Below are positions 25,695-34,354 of a stretch of DNA of 52,456 nt, in pieces. Origin of the DNA: Lysobacterales bacterium (GTDB lineage Bacteria; Pseudomonadota; Gammaproteobacteria; Xanthomonadales; Marinicellaceae); contig JAGRJP010000018.1 in assembly GCA_020442665.1 (NCBI GenBank), positions 1-52,456 on the forward strand, written 5' to 3'. A model generated the notes under the pieces. The model searched no databases and had not been told where the DNA came from. It saw nothing but the letters and a program-made list of their open reading frames with translations. Position 1 is the stretch's first letter. Each line of letters opens with the position of its first letter. The position numbers and the translations under genes are program-made.

Positions 25695-26822
25695 ATGAAT
25701 AAAATTACGGTACTTGGTTTGGGGTTTGCAGCTTTAACAGCTGTCAGAAATTTAAGAAAAAAAGATAAAAACTGTGAAATCACATTGATTTCTACAAGTG
25801 ATAATTTCGTCTATCTACCAAGTTTGATTTGGTTTCCAAATGGCAAAAGAAATGCGAATGACATTACAGTTCCACTTGCTAATTTTTTCAAAAAACACAA
25901 TGTCCTCCATCATAAAGGGCATGTCACAGGACTTGAGAACGGCGGGCGTACCGTAATTACAACTGCTGGAAAAGTTGAAAACGACGGTTTGATTATTGCA
26001 ACAGGTGGTCGTTTTATCAAAAAACTACCGGGAATAGAAAATATAATCACGCCTTGTGAAGGAATTGCCGCCGGAGAAAAAATCAAAGAAAAGCTGGATG
26101 CATTGAAATCAGGCACTATTGCAATCGGCTTTGCTTCCAATCCAAAAGAGCCATCAGCCATGCGTGGTGGACCGATGTTTGAGTTTTTATTCGGCATTGA
26201 TCAGTTGCTTCGTAAACAAAAACGCAGAAATAATTTTAAAATAGTTTTCTTCTGCCCTGCTCCCAAACCCGGAATTCGTATGGGCGAAAAAGCCGTTGAA
26301 GGTCTTTTGAAGCGAATGAAGAAATGCAATATCGAAACTCATCTGGGTCATAAAATGATCGGATTTGAGAGTAATAAAGTCAAAACCGAAGGAGGTGAGT
26401 TCAATGCCGATTTGATTTTATTCATGCCGGGAATGACAGGAAACAAGTGGTTTAAAGACTCCCCTCTTCCACTTTCAGAGGGCGGACTGATTCGTGCCAA
26501 TAACAATTGCAAAGTCGAAGGAATGTCTGCGGTTTATGTTGCCGGAGATAGTGGCAGTTTCAGCGGTCCTGACTGGATGCCTAAACAAGCACACATGGCA
26601 GATTTACAAGCACAAGCCGCTTCAGAAAATTTACTCAACGAATTTCAAAGCAAACCTGCCAATGCCTCTTTTAAACCGGAGCTGATGTGTATTGTTGATA
26701 GTAATGATAAAGGGGTTCTGACAGTTAGAACACTGAAAAGAAATTTTGCCACTCCTCCGTTGCGAATATTCCATTGGGCAAAAGTTTTGTTTGAATGGTG
26801 GTATTTGAGAAAACTTCGGTAG
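25695..26822 (+). CDS. FAD-dependent pyridine-nucleotide-disulfide-type oxidoreductase (SQR/NDH-2-like)
   Basis: Start set at ATG 25695 (MNKITVLGLGFAALTAV = Rossmann GxGxxA). The track extension from 25638 overlaps the dksA-like gene. A second nucleotide-binding segment (GTIAIGF) and a YVAGD motif are present. Confidence 0.7.
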   Translation: MNKITVLGLGFAALTAVRNLRKKDKNCEITLISTSDNFVYLPSLIWFPNGKRNANDITVPLANFFKKHNVLHHKGHVTGLENGGRTVITTAGKVENDGLIIATGGRFIKKLPGIENIITPCEGIAAGEKIKEKLDALKSGTIAIGFASNPKEPSAMRGGPMFEFLFGIDQLLRKQKRRNNFKIVFFCPAPKPGIRMGEKAVEGLLKRMKKCNIETHLGHKMIGFESNKVKTEGGEFNADLILFMPGMTGNKWFKDSPLPLSEGGLIRANNNCKVEGMSAVYVAGDSGSFSGPDWMPKQAHMADLQAQAASENLLNEFQSKPANASFKPELMCIVDSNDKGVLTVRTLKRNFATPPLRIFHWAKVLFEWWYLRKLR

Positions 26823-26829
26823 AACTATT

Positions 26830-28893
26830 TCACCTTAATTTCTGATACCAATTCAACCATAGTTTCATTGCGCCGCTGGCACCGCTGAGGGTTGTTGGTG
26901 AGTTGTCATCTTTTCCAACCCAAAAGATTGCTAGATAATCCTCATCAAATCCGACATACCAACTGTTTCGTCCGTCATTGGTTGTTCCTGTTTTTCCGTA
27001 AACTTCTGTAAACCCGAACTCTTTTGAAACTTTTGACGCCGTTCCTCGGGTTGTAACTTCATGGAGAGCTTCTCGAATCTCAAGCAAAGATTGTCTGTCC
27101 ACATTTTGTTTTGCTGATTGTTTCTGTGCGCCAATTTTAGTATTCTTCAAGTCAATAATGGATTTGATAAAGATGGTGTTTTTCTGTTCAGTATTAGATG
27201 AAAACAACAAATACAAATTAAGCACTTCCAGTGGAGTTAATTCAGTCGCTCCCAAAAATATTGACGGATGATTGCTATGATTGATATTCAGACCGATTCG
27301 ATTTAAAAATCGGATAAATTGATTGAGCCCAATTTTCAACCCTAAATTCACCGTTGCCTGATTTCTGGAAAAGACCAAAGCATCAAGTGCTTTAATTTTG
27401 CCTAAACTTTTATGATCCCAGTTTTTCGGATTCCAAATTTCACCGGATTGTGTTTTTAACGAGACCGGTTTGTCATTGATTTTATCTGACAACTCAAACC
27501 CTTTGAGTTTTTCTAATGCAGCGAGATAAACAAAAGGTTTAATGAGCGAACCAATCTGACGCTTGGACAGTAAAGCCCGATTGTAATCTCCAAAAATTTC
27601 CTTTGAACCTTTAATCGCCAGAATTTCCCCATTCTGCGAATTGGCAATAACGGATGCCGATTGTAAATTTCCACCTAAGGAATTGGTATGCCAGCGCAAG
27701 GTATTAACTAACTGTTCATGAATAAAAGGATTCAGCGTTGTGAATATTTTTAAACCTTTCTGCCTGAGTTCTTTATCGGAAATATGTCTATCAATTTGGT
27801 TTTCAACCAAGTCAATCGCATCCCGGTATTTTTGATTTTTAAAAGAATTGTTAATCCTCAATTCAATCCTTGACTGTTTGGCATGTTGCCATTGAGTTTG
27901 GCTAATCACGCCGGTTTCATACCATGAGCTCAATACGGTATTTCGACGTTTTAATGCTCTATCGTAGTTATTAATCGGATTGTACCAGGATGGTCCTTTT
28001 ACCAATCCAATCAGCAATGCTTGCTCAGCAATATTTAATTGCTTGGGTTTCTTGGAAAAATAATACTGAGATGCTTGCAAAACTCCATGAATCGAAACTT
28101 TTCCTGCCTGTCCCCAATAGATTTCGTTGAAATAATTTTCCAGAATTTCTCCTTTGCTCAATTTCCTTTCCAACAATATCGACGAAAAGGCTTCATTGGC
28201 TTTTCTAAACCAGCTTTTCTTGCCGTAGTTCCAGCGACTTTTAATCAATTGTTGTGTGATGGTACTGCCACCTTGCACCACTTTTCCTGCAAACAGATTC
28301 TTGACTATTGCTCGCAGAATTCCTAAAAAATCAACTCCAATGTGCTGATTAAAACTTCTGTCTTCAATTGCTTGTAAACCCATAACCATGGTATTCGGAA
28401 TATGTTCAATCAGGATCGGTTCGCGGTTTTTAAAATCTGCATTGTAGAACTGTCCGATTACCAGAGGTTCCAACCGGGAAAATTGATGATTTAAGTTTTG
28501 AATCTTGTGGTTTACAACTTCAAATTTAATAACTCTGGGTGATTCCGGCTGATCGAAATAATAAAAGCCTTTAGAGTGAATTTCATAACTATTTGATTGG
28601 ACTGAATATTCACCAATAAATTGTGGTTTGTCTCTTTTCAGATACCCTAAAACTTCTAGTTCAAAGTCCAATTCTTTGACATTGATTTTCTTGCCTTCAT
28701 AAAATTCAAACTCTCTGGCATAAATTGAAGTCGGAATATTCCAGCTGTATTGCACGAATGTGGAATTGATCAGAGACTGAAGATAAAAATACCAGGGAAC
28801 TCCTAAACCTATTGAGAATCCAAATCCAAACCAGAAAAGAAACCTCAACAATCCAAAACCGGATTTTTTTCTATTATTTATTTTTTTTGTCAC
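26830..28893 (-). CDS. mrcB: Bifunctional class A penicillin-binding protein, PBP1B-like
   Basis: 687 aa with an N-terminal TM helix and a UB2H-like insert before the GT51 domain. GT51 motifs are EDRSFNQHIGVD, GGSTITQQL and RKANE. Transpeptidase motifs are SLIKP, SRN and KTGTT. Confidence 0.75.
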   Translation of the reverse strand: MTKKINNRKKSGFGLLRFLFWFGFGFSIGLGVPWYFYLQSLINSTFVQYSWNIPTSIYAREFEFYEGKKINVKELDFELEVLGYLKRDKPQFIGEYSVQSNSYEIHSKGFYYFDQPESPRVIKFEVVNHKIQNLNHQFSRLEPLVIGQFYNADFKNREPILIEHIPNTMVMGLQAIEDRSFNQHIGVDFLGILRAIVKNLFAGKVVQGGSTITQQLIKSRWNYGKKSWFRKANEAFSSILLERKLSKGEILENYFNEIYWGQAGKVSIHGVLQASQYYFSKKPKQLNIAEQALLIGLVKGPSWYNPINNYDRALKRRNTVLSSWYETGVISQTQWQHAKQSRIELRINNSFKNQKYRDAIDLVENQIDRHISDKELRQKGLKIFTTLNPFIHEQLVNTLRWHTNSLGGNLQSASVIANSQNGEILAIKGSKEIFGDYNRALLSKRQIGSLIKPFVYLAALEKLKGFELSDKINDKPVSLKTQSGEIWNPKNWDHKSLGKIKALDALVFSRNQATVNLGLKIGLNQFIRFLNRIGLNINHSNHPSIFLGATELTPLEVLNLYLLFSSNTEQKNTIFIKSIIDLKNTKIGAQKQSAKQNVDRQSLLEIREALHEVTTRGTASKVSKEFGFTEVYGKTGTTNDGRNSWYVGFDEDYLAIFWVGKDDNSPTTLSGASGAMKLWLNWYQKLR

Positions 28894-28991
28894 TTAAATA
28901 TGCAAATGAACGTATTTATCACAAACGGTCGGATATACTAACATGATATCTGACTTAGATTAAAATTTACTTTTATATCCGGAGAACACAA

Positions 28992-29732
28992 ATGAAATTT
29001 CTTAAAGTATGTTTATTAACAGCAACTGCATCTTCTGCTTTTGCTGATACAACATTAACATATTCTACAACTGATGGTGATGTAACAATGATAATGCAGT
29101 TTGCCAATGGCATGATGCGTGCTGATTCTTTCGGCAAAGAAGCTGATTCCTATATGGTTTACAATTCTAACAACACCACTTTCACAATGATTATGAAAGA
29201 TAACCAACAATACTTTGTATTGGATAAAGAACAGCTGGAGTCGCTCGGTGACATGAGTGCAATGATGGATAAAATGCTAGAGAAACAAATGGCACAAATT
29301 CCTGAATCTCAAAGAGCTATGATGAGAGGCATGATGGAACAAGCGTTAAAGGCTCAAATGCCCAAGAAAAAACCAAAAGCAGAATATAGCCTGACCGGAG
29401 AAAGTGACTCGGTCAATGGTTTCGATTGTGAAGTTGTTGTCAAAAAAGGTGCCGGTGGTAAATCTGATTTCTGTGTTGCTGATTATTCTGAAGTTGGGAT
29501 GAGCAGCAGTGAATATGCTGTAATATCATCTTTTCAAAAAACAATTGAAGCGATGGCAGAGCAATTTGGTGAAGATAACAGCATGGATTTTTCTGGTTTG
29601 GGAGATTTTATTCCGGTTCGTTACAACCAAAGCTCCGAATCAGGCGTCTTGAGTGATGTCAATCATGACAGTATATCTCCTGAAAATTTCAGCATCCCTC
29701 AAGGCTATAAAAAGGTCGAAATGCCATTTTAA
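28992..29732 (+). CDS. Exported protein with a methionine-rich insert (DUF4412-like)
   Basis: 246 aa with signal peptide MKFLKVCLLTATASSAFA. The central segment is very Met-rich: DMSAMMDKMLEKQMAQIPESQRAMMRGMMEQALKAQMP. Confidence 0.55.
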   Translation: MKFLKVCLLTATASSAFADTTLTYSTTDGDVTMIMQFANGMMRADSFGKEADSYMVYNSNNTTFTMIMKDNQQYFVLDKEQLESLGDMSAMMDKMLEKQMAQIPESQRAMMRGMMEQALKAQMPKKKPKAEYSLTGESDSVNGFDCEVVVKKGAGGKSDFCVADYSEVGMSSSEYAVISSFQKTIEAMAEQFGEDNSMDFSGLGDFIPVRYNQSSESGVLSDVNHDSISPENFSIPQGYKKVEMPF

Positions 29733-29753
29733 AAAATTTAATTCTCAGAAAAG

Positions 29754-29786
29754 AAAAAGGCTGCGTGTGCGCGCAGCCTTTTTTGT
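29754..29786 (+). terminator. Rho-independent terminator
   Basis: GGCTGCG (29759..29765) pairs with CGCAGCC (29772..29778) and is followed by TTTTTT. It lies 20-odd nt after the stop at 29732. Confidence 0.8.
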
Positions 29787-30032
29787 TTGAAACTGATGAA
29801 ATTGGATAGGGAATGGGGACATCAATTTCTAAACAATTGAGTTCATTATAAGTTTCATGCTCCTAAATACCGTGACAGCTGTCACATTTTTGAAATATCT
29901 AAAATTAAACTAGTTCTTAAAATTTACAATGTTTTTTTTACTATTGAAGTTTCTTTAGACTTACTAAAATCCATGAATAGACAATTGAAGTTTAGAATCA
30001 CAAGTTTAATTCATATTTTTTAATTACAGCCC

Positions 30033-30060
30033 TTGTTTTTTATTTTATATCAACCATAAT
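30033..30060 (+). promoter_or_regulatory. Candidate sigma70 promoter of rnpB
   Basis: TTGTTT (30033..30038), 16 nt, then CATAAT (30055..30060). The -10 element ends about 8 nt before the first nucleotide of the P1 helix of RNase P RNA. Confidence 0.5.
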
Positions 30061-30068
30061 CACCCCTA

Positions 30069-30420
30069 GAAGTTGATTAAGGTAATCGCGGTATTGATTT
30101 CAATATCGAGGAAAGTCCGGGCTCCACAGGATGCAGTGCCAGATAACGTCTGGGAGGCGTGAGCCTACGGCCAGTGCAACAGAGAGCAGACCGCCAGTTT
30201 AGACTGGTAAGGGTGAAAGGGTGTGGTAAGAGCGCACCGCATGACCGGTAACGGTTCATGGCATGGTAAACCCCACTGGGAGCAAGACCAAATAGGAAAA
30301 CATTTGTGTGATCCGCACAGTTTTCGGGTAGGTTGCTTGAGACATGCAGCGATGTATGATCCAGATGAATGATTACCCTATCATTAAGATAGACAGAACC
30401 CGGCTTATTAATCAACTTCT
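30069..30420 (+). ncRNA. rnpB: RNase P RNA, bacterial type A
   Basis: The P1 helix pairs GAAGTTGATTAA with TTAATCAACTTC. Universally conserved blocks are present: GAGGAAAGTCCGGGCTCCACAGG, CAGTGCAACAGAGAGCAGACCGCC, GGTAAGGGTGAAAGGGTGTGGTAAGAGCGCACCGC, GGTAAACCCCAC..GGAGCAAGACCAAATAGG, AGATGAATGA and ACAGAACCCGGCTTAT. Confidence 0.96.
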
Positions 30421-30468
30421 ACTTTCAATTGAAACCATGAGCAGATAAAGCTCAAAATTATATTTCCA

Positions 30469-32616
30469 ATGAATCAAATTGACATACAAATCTGGTGGCA
30501 AAACCTGAAATTGAAATTTCCTGAAAAAAAACAGGAAAATCTCAATAATGCGTTTGATTTAATTAAAGAGAAATCAACAAATCTAAATCTCAATGGCAAC
30601 ATTTCAAAAAACCATCTGAGATTTCTTATTGAGGTTTTAAACAATCTCCAGGCTGATGATGAAGTCATCACAGCTGCCTTATTGTTTCATCTGGTAAGAA
30701 ACGGTGAAGATTTAAGCAATGAAACTCGTTCCGCTTTTTCTGATAAAGTTCTTTTCATTCTCGACGAAATCACCAAAGTCACTCAATTTGAGTGGATGAA
30801 TGATGCTGAGGCACTGAGAAATAATGGCGAGGCTCTCAGACGCTTACTCTTTGCGATGATAAAAGATGTTCGTTTGGTTTTAATTCTATTAGCTGACCAA
30901 CTTGTTATTCTTCGAGCAGCTGTCCAATTTCCCGAAACAGAACAAAAAAGGCTGGCTCAACTCTCACAAACTCTTCACGCTCCTTTGGCCAATCGTTTAG
31001 GTATCTGGCAGGTTAAGTGGGAAATTGAAGATTTGGCATTTCGTTATTTAAAACCTGATGAATACAAAGAAATTGCTAAATTATTATCTGAAAGGCGGAG
31101 TGATAGAGAAGAGTTCATCAGTCACTCGATTAAGCAACTTGAGTCCAAACTCGATGAAATGGGCGTTAAAGCTGAGATAGCCGGAAGACCCAAACATATT
31201 TTCAGCATTTACAAAAAAATGCAGAAGAAAAACCTGACGTTTGATGGCTTATTTGATATCCGAGCTATCAGAGTGTTGGTTGATAACCTCTCCGATTGTT
31301 ATGCCGTGCTTGGAATTGTTCATTCACTTTGGAAACATATTCCCAAAGAGTTTGACGACTACATTGCCATGCCTAAAGGAAATAATTATCAATCTCTGCA
31401 TACCGTTGTCATTGGCAAAGGCGGAAAAACCATGGAAGTCCAGATTCGGACTTATCAAATGCATGAACATGCGGAACTTGGAGTTGCAGCACACTGGAGA
31501 TATAAAGACGGTTCCAAACAAGATGTCAGTTTTGACAATAAAGTCAACTGGATGAGACAACTCTTATCTTCTGATGATAAGGATAATGACGATTTGCTGG
31601 CTCAATTTGAAAGCGAAACCGAAGAAGAACGAATTTATGTTTTTACACCCTCAGGGGATGTCATTGATTTATCAGCAGGTTCAACTGTGGTGGATTTTGC
31701 TTATCAGGTTCATACAGAAGTGGGACATCGTACTCGTGGAGCCAAAGTCAATGGCAACATTGTTCCTCTGACAACCACTTTGGAAACCGGCGACCGAGTT
31801 GAAATATTGACATCTAAAATTGCCAAACCAAGCAGAGATTGGCTCAGTGAACAAGCTGGGTATTTAAAATCGGCCCGTGCAAAAGCCAAAGTGAGACACT
31901 GGTTTCGTGCCAATGACTACGACCAAAATGTCATTGTTGGAAAAGAAACTCTCGACAAAGAATTAAAAAAATTCGCACTGGAAGAGGTTGATTTATCTAG
32001 GTTTCTGAAAAAATACAATCTCCACGAAGTCGATACACTCTATGCCAGAGTGGCAACCGGAGATATTTCAGTCAATCAGTTGTTGCGACTTGCGGAAGAA
32101 CAACTCAGACCAAAAGAAACTGAATATTTCAAAATCAGCAAACCGGTTCAGACCTCTCAAAATAGTTCCAGCCCTTTTTTAATTGAGGGTTTAATGAATG
32201 TTATGGCAACCAAAGCCAATTGTTGTAATCCTGTTTTGGGTGATGTCATAGGAGGTTTTATCACTCGCACCCGAGGTGTCAGTGTTCACCGTGCTGATTG
32301 TGAAAATTACACTCGAATGATTTCTGAAGAACCTGAGAGAATTATTCCGGTATCATGGAAAGAAGATACAAACATCAGCTTTCCGGTTAATATCAAAATA
32401 ACTGCTCACGATCGTAAATCATTTATTAAAGATTTATCTTCGGTTTTGGCTAACTTAAAAGCCAATATTGATGCATTATCGGCAAAACCCGATACCACTC
32501 ATGGCATCAATAATATTGAATTAACCGTTAGAGTTCATAACTTTGAACATCTCAATCAGATTCTCAGCCGAATCAGTACTATTGAGTATCTGATCTCTGT
32601 TAGAAGAGTGGCTTAA
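30469..32616 (+). CDS. relA: GTP pyrophosphokinase RelA (long RSH with degenerate hydrolase domain)
   Basis: 715 aa. The N-terminal pseudo-HD region lacks the HD pair. The synthetase core has RPKHIFSIYKKMQKK, YQSLHTVV, EVQIRT and HWRYK. TGS (IYVFTPSGDVIDL..GSTVVDFAY) and ACT-like C-terminal domains are present. Confidence 0.88.
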   Translation: MNQIDIQIWWQNLKLKFPEKKQENLNNAFDLIKEKSTNLNLNGNISKNHLRFLIEVLNNLQADDEVITAALLFHLVRNGEDLSNETRSAFSDKVLFILDEITKVTQFEWMNDAEALRNNGEALRRLLFAMIKDVRLVLILLADQLVILRAAVQFPETEQKRLAQLSQTLHAPLANRLGIWQVKWEIEDLAFRYLKPDEYKEIAKLLSERRSDREEFISHSIKQLESKLDEMGVKAEIAGRPKHIFSIYKKMQKKNLTFDGLFDIRAIRVLVDNLSDCYAVLGIVHSLWKHIPKEFDDYIAMPKGNNYQSLHTVVIGKGGKTMEVQIRTYQMHEHAELGVAAHWRYKDGSKQDVSFDNKVNWMRQLLSSDDKDNDDLLAQFESETEEERIYVFTPSGDVIDLSAGSTVVDFAYQVHTEVGHRTRGAKVNGNIVPLTTTLETGDRVEILTSKIAKPSRDWLSEQAGYLKSARAKAKVRHWFRANDYDQNVIVGKETLDKELKKFALEEVDLSRFLKKYNLHEVDTLYARVATGDISVNQLLRLAEEQLRPKETEYFKISKPVQTSQNSSSPFLIEGLMNVMATKANCCNPVLGDVIGGFITRTRGVSVHRADCENYTRMISEEPERIIPVSWKEDTNISFPVNIKITAHDRKSFIKDLSSVLANLKANIDALSAKPDTTHGINNIELTVRVHNFEHLNQILSRISTIEYLISVRRVA

Positions 32617-32629
32617 TTCGAATATTATT

Positions 32630-33961
32630 ATGAAAAGCTTTTTCTTTCACGAAGCCTTATTCCCATCCGGTTGGAGCAAAGACGTCAGAATTGATGTGGA
32701 TGAAAAGGGAACAATCACAAGTTCAGTAGTCAATTCTATGCCAAATGAGAACGATGAAATAATAAATTGTGCGATTCCTGCCATGCCCAATTGCCACTCA
32801 CATGTATTTCAAAGAACAATGGCTGGTCTGACTGAATACAAAACATCGGAAAACGACAGCTTTTGGTCATGGCGAAATCTGATGTACGAATATGCTAACA
32901 AAATAAACTCTGAACAACTTTATCACATTGCTCGATATGTTTACCATGAAATGTTGTTGTGCGGATATTCATCAGTTTGTGAGTTTCATTACATCCACCG
33001 TGAATTAAACAATCCTGAAGACACTAATAGCATGTCACAAGCAATTATTCAAGCGGCTCATGATGCAGGTATCGAACTCACACTATTACCAGTTCTCTAT
33101 CAGCAATCGCATGTTGATGGTACACCATTAACAAAATCACAAGAACGATTCTATCTATCGAACAGTGATTATATTGAGTTGTACCAATCCTTAGAAAAAC
33201 AACTTTATGAATGCCAAAAGTTAGGAATTTGCTTTCACTCTCTTCGAGCCGTTTCCATCGAAAATATGCAAATAGTTCTTGATGAGTTAGGAAATAATCA
33301 TCCGATACATATTCACATATCAGAACAAGTTGCTGAAGTTGAGCAGTTATTAGAGCACACAAACATGAGACCGGTTGAATATCTTTTTCATAATTTTGAG
33401 GTCAATTCAAACTGGAGTTTAATTCATGCCACGCATTTAAACGACAACGAAATTAATCTCATCGCAAAATCCGGAGCCATCGCCGGTTTGTGTCCGATGA
33501 CAGAAGCCAACTTGGGTGATGGTGTATTCCCATTACCTGAGTATTTCAGGCAAAACGGAAAAATTGCTATTGGTTCTGACAGTCATATTGTCATAAACCC
33601 TTTTCAGGAACTTCAAATATTGGAATACTCACAAAGATTACAACTCCGACAAAGGGTGGTTTCAAGCAATTCAAAGACTTCTCATGTTGGAACTTTTTTG
33701 TGGAATAATGCTGTCAGTGGTAGCAAACTATCAGGACAATTCTGCGGTAATGGTTTTAATGTCGGTGACAAAGCCAATTGGATTGAAATTGACACACACA
33801 ACCCGTTGTTAACGAATCTAAACGGCGAGCAATGTTTGGATACTCTCGTATTTGTTGATAGCAATGCTATTGCTTCCACATACATAAATGCTCATAAAAC
33901 CGAAAAACAGAATGATAAATTAATAGAAAACTACAAAAAAACACTCAAATTATTGAGATAG
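32630..33961 (+). CDS. hutF: Formimidoylglutamate deiminase-like amidohydrolase (HutF family)
   Basis: 443 aa. The N-terminal 120 residues are colinear with P. aeruginosa HutF as I remember it (...PAMPNCHSHVFQRTMAGLTE....NDSFWSWRNLMY...EFHYIH). Amidohydrolase metal ligands are present (HSH..., GSDSH). Confidence 0.65.
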   Translation: MKSFFFHEALFPSGWSKDVRIDVDEKGTITSSVVNSMPNENDEIINCAIPAMPNCHSHVFQRTMAGLTEYKTSENDSFWSWRNLMYEYANKINSEQLYHIARYVYHEMLLCGYSSVCEFHYIHRELNNPEDTNSMSQAIIQAAHDAGIELTLLPVLYQQSHVDGTPLTKSQERFYLSNSDYIELYQSLEKQLYECQKLGICFHSLRAVSIENMQIVLDELGNNHPIHIHISEQVAEVEQLLEHTNMRPVEYLFHNFEVNSNWSLIHATHLNDNEINLIAKSGAIAGLCPMTEANLGDGVFPLPEYFRQNGKIAIGSDSHIVINPFQELQILEYSQRLQLRQRVVSSNSKTSHVGTFLWNNAVSGSKLSGQFCGNGFNVGDKANWIEIDTHNPLLTNLNGEQCLDTLVFVDSNAIASTYINAHKTEKQNDKLIENYKKTLKLLR

Positions 33962-33980
33962 TTATTATTTTTATTTTTTT

Positions 33981-34009
33981 TTGCTAAAATATGCGGTCGC
34001 ATTTATTAA
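33981..34009 (+). promoter_or_regulatory. Candidate sigma70 promoter of rpoZ-spoT
   Basis: TTGCTA (33981..33986), 17 nt, then TATTAA (34004..34009). An AGGA SD follows, then the rpoZ ATG at 34025. Confidence 0.45.
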
Positions 34010-34024
34010 ACAGGAAATAGAAAA

Positions 34025-34300
34025 ATGGCAAGAGTTACGGTTGAAGATTGTTTAGAGCATGTTGATAATCGTTTTGAATTGGTGCAACTGGCTGCTAAAC
34101 GCGCACGTTTGATTGCAAACGGTCAAGCGCCATTAGTTGATGAAGAAAATGACAAACCAACTGTTTTGGCTTTGCGTGAAATTGCCGAAGGTTTGATGAC
34201 TGAAGAAAAACTCAAAGAACTGGAGCTTGAAGAAAAACGAGCCAGAGAGCTTGAAGAATGGAATGCTGCAGCAGAGGAACAAGATTCGCAAATTCTATAA
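34025..34300 (+). CDS. rpoZ: DNA-directed RNA polymerase omega subunit
   Basis: 91 aa beginning [29 protein letters not shown]. Confidence 0.96.
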   Translation: MARVTVEDCLEHVDNRFELVQLAAKRARLIANGQAPLVDEENDKPTVLALREIAEGLMTEEKLKELELEEKRARELEEWNAAAEEQDSQIL

Positions 34301-34354
34301 TTATTCAGAATATATGAAAGAATCGGTTCCACTTAACCATCTAATGAAAAAGTC

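Noticed and set aside
28855-28893. A7/A8 homopolymer runs at the 5' end of mrcB, and an A8 run in the repeat-protein gene (40433..40440), as phase-variation tracts
   Set aside because: They encode runs of Lys (AAA) in an AT-rich genome, and I saw no evidence of length heterogeneity. Tracts of this length are expected by composition.
30077-30415. 112-aa minus-strand ORF in the track
   Set aside because: It lies entirely antisense within RNase P RNA, whose conserved blocks and P1 helix are unambiguous. The ORF is an artefact of the GC-richer structured RNA.
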